Assembly (NCBI GenBank): GCA_002385545.1
Contig: DGDR01000038.1
Location: 1,793-65,792, forward strand
DNA length: 64,000 nucleotides
Reading direction: 5' to 3'
Source of the DNA: Clostridium sp. UBA3947
Lineage (GTDB): Bacteria > Bacillota > Clostridia > Clostridiales > Clostridiaceae
Part shown: positions 59,656 through 64,000 of the stretch, one piece after another
Layout of the letters: every line of letters starts with the position of its first letter
How positions within the stretch are numbered: the first letter of the stretch is position 1
Notes under the pieces: model-generated
Told to the model about the DNA's origin: nothing
Databases searched by the model: none
What the model saw: only the letters and a program-made list of their open reading frames with translations
Translations under genes and position numbers: made by a program

Positions 59656-60834
59656 ATGAAAAAGCATTTCAAAAATGTTTTACCTATTTTAATTTTAACG
59701 GTGATAACAATTATTTTAATCAACTTCATTAGAATAGAAGTAAAGAACAGAGAATATACAAAGGATATAATAAAAGATACCGCACTAACATCCGCTGAAC
59801 CAGTTAACACAAATAAAATTGAAGTTCAACCTAGTGAGTTAAGCATCATTGCTGCTGGTGACATATTATTTCATATGCCCCAAGTTAGAGCTACAGAAGA
59901 AAATGGTACATATAACTTTAAGCCTATGTTTTCAGAGGTGAAGCCGTACATAGAAGCTAATGATATAGCAATAGCAACCTTCGAAACTACAATTAATCCT
60001 AGGTTAAAATATTCAGGTTATCCTACCTTTAACACTCCCGAGCAAACCTTAGAAGCATTAAAAGATGCTGGCTTTGATGTTCTTATTAATAATCATAATC
60101 ACTCTTTAGACACAGGCTTAGAAGGACTAAAGAGTACTAACAGCTATATTAAAAAATACGGTTTTGAACTATTAGGCTCCGGAGAGCCTGATGAAGATAA
60201 ATTTGTTATCATAGAAAAAAACGGAATAAAAGTGGCCATGCTTTCCTATACCTATGGAACCAATTTTGGACTTCAACATAAGGACAGATTAAGCTATATA
60301 GATGAAGATAAGATTAAAGAGGACATAACAGCTTTAAGGCCAGAATGTGATTTTATAATTGTTTTTCTCCACATTGGTACAGAATATGTTCGTAGTGTAG
60401 AGAACTTCCAACAAGAACTAGTAAATAAAGTGGCAGATTTCGGTGCAGATACTATACTGTGCAGCCATCCTCATGTGGCTAGAAAAACTGAACTTTTAAA
60501 GGTTGGAGAAAAAGATGTTTTGGTGAATTACTCCCTTGGTAATTTTATTTCTAATCAAAATGATAAATATACTGACATTGGTTCTATGCAGCATATTAAG
60601 CTAGAAAAAATAGATACTTTAACCAGAATAAAAGCTACAGAAACTATTCCTGTATATAGGTTAAGATATAAAAATAATGGGAAGACAGTATATAGGGTTG
60701 TACCTTCTAAGGATATGGATAAATTCTCAAGTATTGTTGGAGAGAGTACAATGTCCTACATAAATGAAGTTTCCGCAGAATTAGCTTTTAGCTATGAAGC
60801 ACCTACTTATAATACAGTAAAGCAATTAAGATAA
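59656..60834 (+). CDS. capA: CapA (PGA_cap) family metallophosphatase-fold protein, membrane anchored
   Basis: AGDILFH, FETT, GYPTFN, NHNHSLD, HIG.EY, SHPHV, YSLGNF; ATG 59656 after GGAGG. Confidence 0.88.
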   Translation: MKKHFKNVLPILILTVITIILINFIRIEVKNREYTKDIIKDTALTSAEPVNTNKIEVQPSELSIIAAGDILFHMPQVRATEENGTYNFKPMFSEVKPYIEANDIAIATFETTINPRLKYSGYPTFNTPEQTLEALKDAGFDVLINNHNHSLDTGLEGLKSTNSYIKKYGFELLGSGEPDEDKFVIIEKNGIKVAMLSYTYGTNFGLQHKDRLSYIDEDKIKEDITALRPECDFIIVFLHIGTEYVRSVENFQQELVNKVADFGADTILCSHPHVARKTELLKVGEKDVLVNYSLGNFISNQNDKYTDIGSMQHIKLEKIDTLTRIKATETIPVYRLRYKNNGKTVYRVVPSKDMDKFSSIVGESTMSYINEVSAELAFSYEAPTYNTVKQLR

Positions 60835-60904
60835 CCTATAAAAATAGACATTGGTATTATTATAGGTTAGAAATTAGAGACCAAATTCATATATTATCCT
60901 CTTC

Positions 60905-60933
60905 AATAATAGAGCCTTGAAGGCTCTATTATT
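60905..60933 (+). terminator. capA terminator
   Basis: AATAATAGAGCC-ttgaa-GGCTCTATTATT followed by a T run. Confidence 0.85.
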
Positions 60934-60939
60934 TTTTGA

Positions 60940-64000
<3,061 letters not shown>

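Overview
This is a 64 kb core-genome segment of a low-GC, spore-forming Firmicute (Clostridiaceae-like proteins, strong GGAGG ribosome-binding sites, sigma-A promoters, cwlJ/gerQ-type spore genes). It contains about 50 intact CDS and no recognisable rRNA, tRNA, CRISPR array, prophage, integrase or transposase. In order: a PanT-like ECF S component, an Ntn hydrolase, a yhaM / Gmk-like / yhaO / yhaN nuclease cluster, tkt, plsC and a lipid kinase, cadCA, a yybP-ykoY (Mn2+) riboswitch-controlled P-type ATPase, an ATPase-nuclease (DUF234-like), a four-LysM protein, an aconitase-hom-apgM-thrC operon, argC divergent from argB-argD-M20, a ParB/Srx-BMP fusion, arginase, a metallophosphoesterase, gerQ-like and cwlJ, tldD-pmbA, a 2-oxoacid:ferredoxin oxidoreductase, sufCBDSU, a tandem CBM21 protein, an MCP, ttcA, a two-component system, lrgAB, capA, and the 5' part of pyruvate:ferredoxin oxidoreductase (missing from the ORF track because it runs off the window). 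The best novelty candidates are: (1) a cytoplasmic ParB/Sulfiredoxin-fold plus nucleoside-binding BMP fusion next to an atypical DxE metallophosphoesterase, possibly a ligand-gated kinase/NTPase-phosphatase switch; (2) tandem bulged-A hairpins (pan-motif-like) in the panT leader; (3) two apparent non-orthologous replacements, an ApgM-fold protein where thrB should be and a loop-deleted M20 hydrolase where argE/argJ should be; (4) an unannotated small-ORF transcription unit at about 59.3-59.6 kb; and (5) a dispersed GCTGTTGCA palindromic repeat family. Protein calls come from motif recognition by eye; no searches were run.
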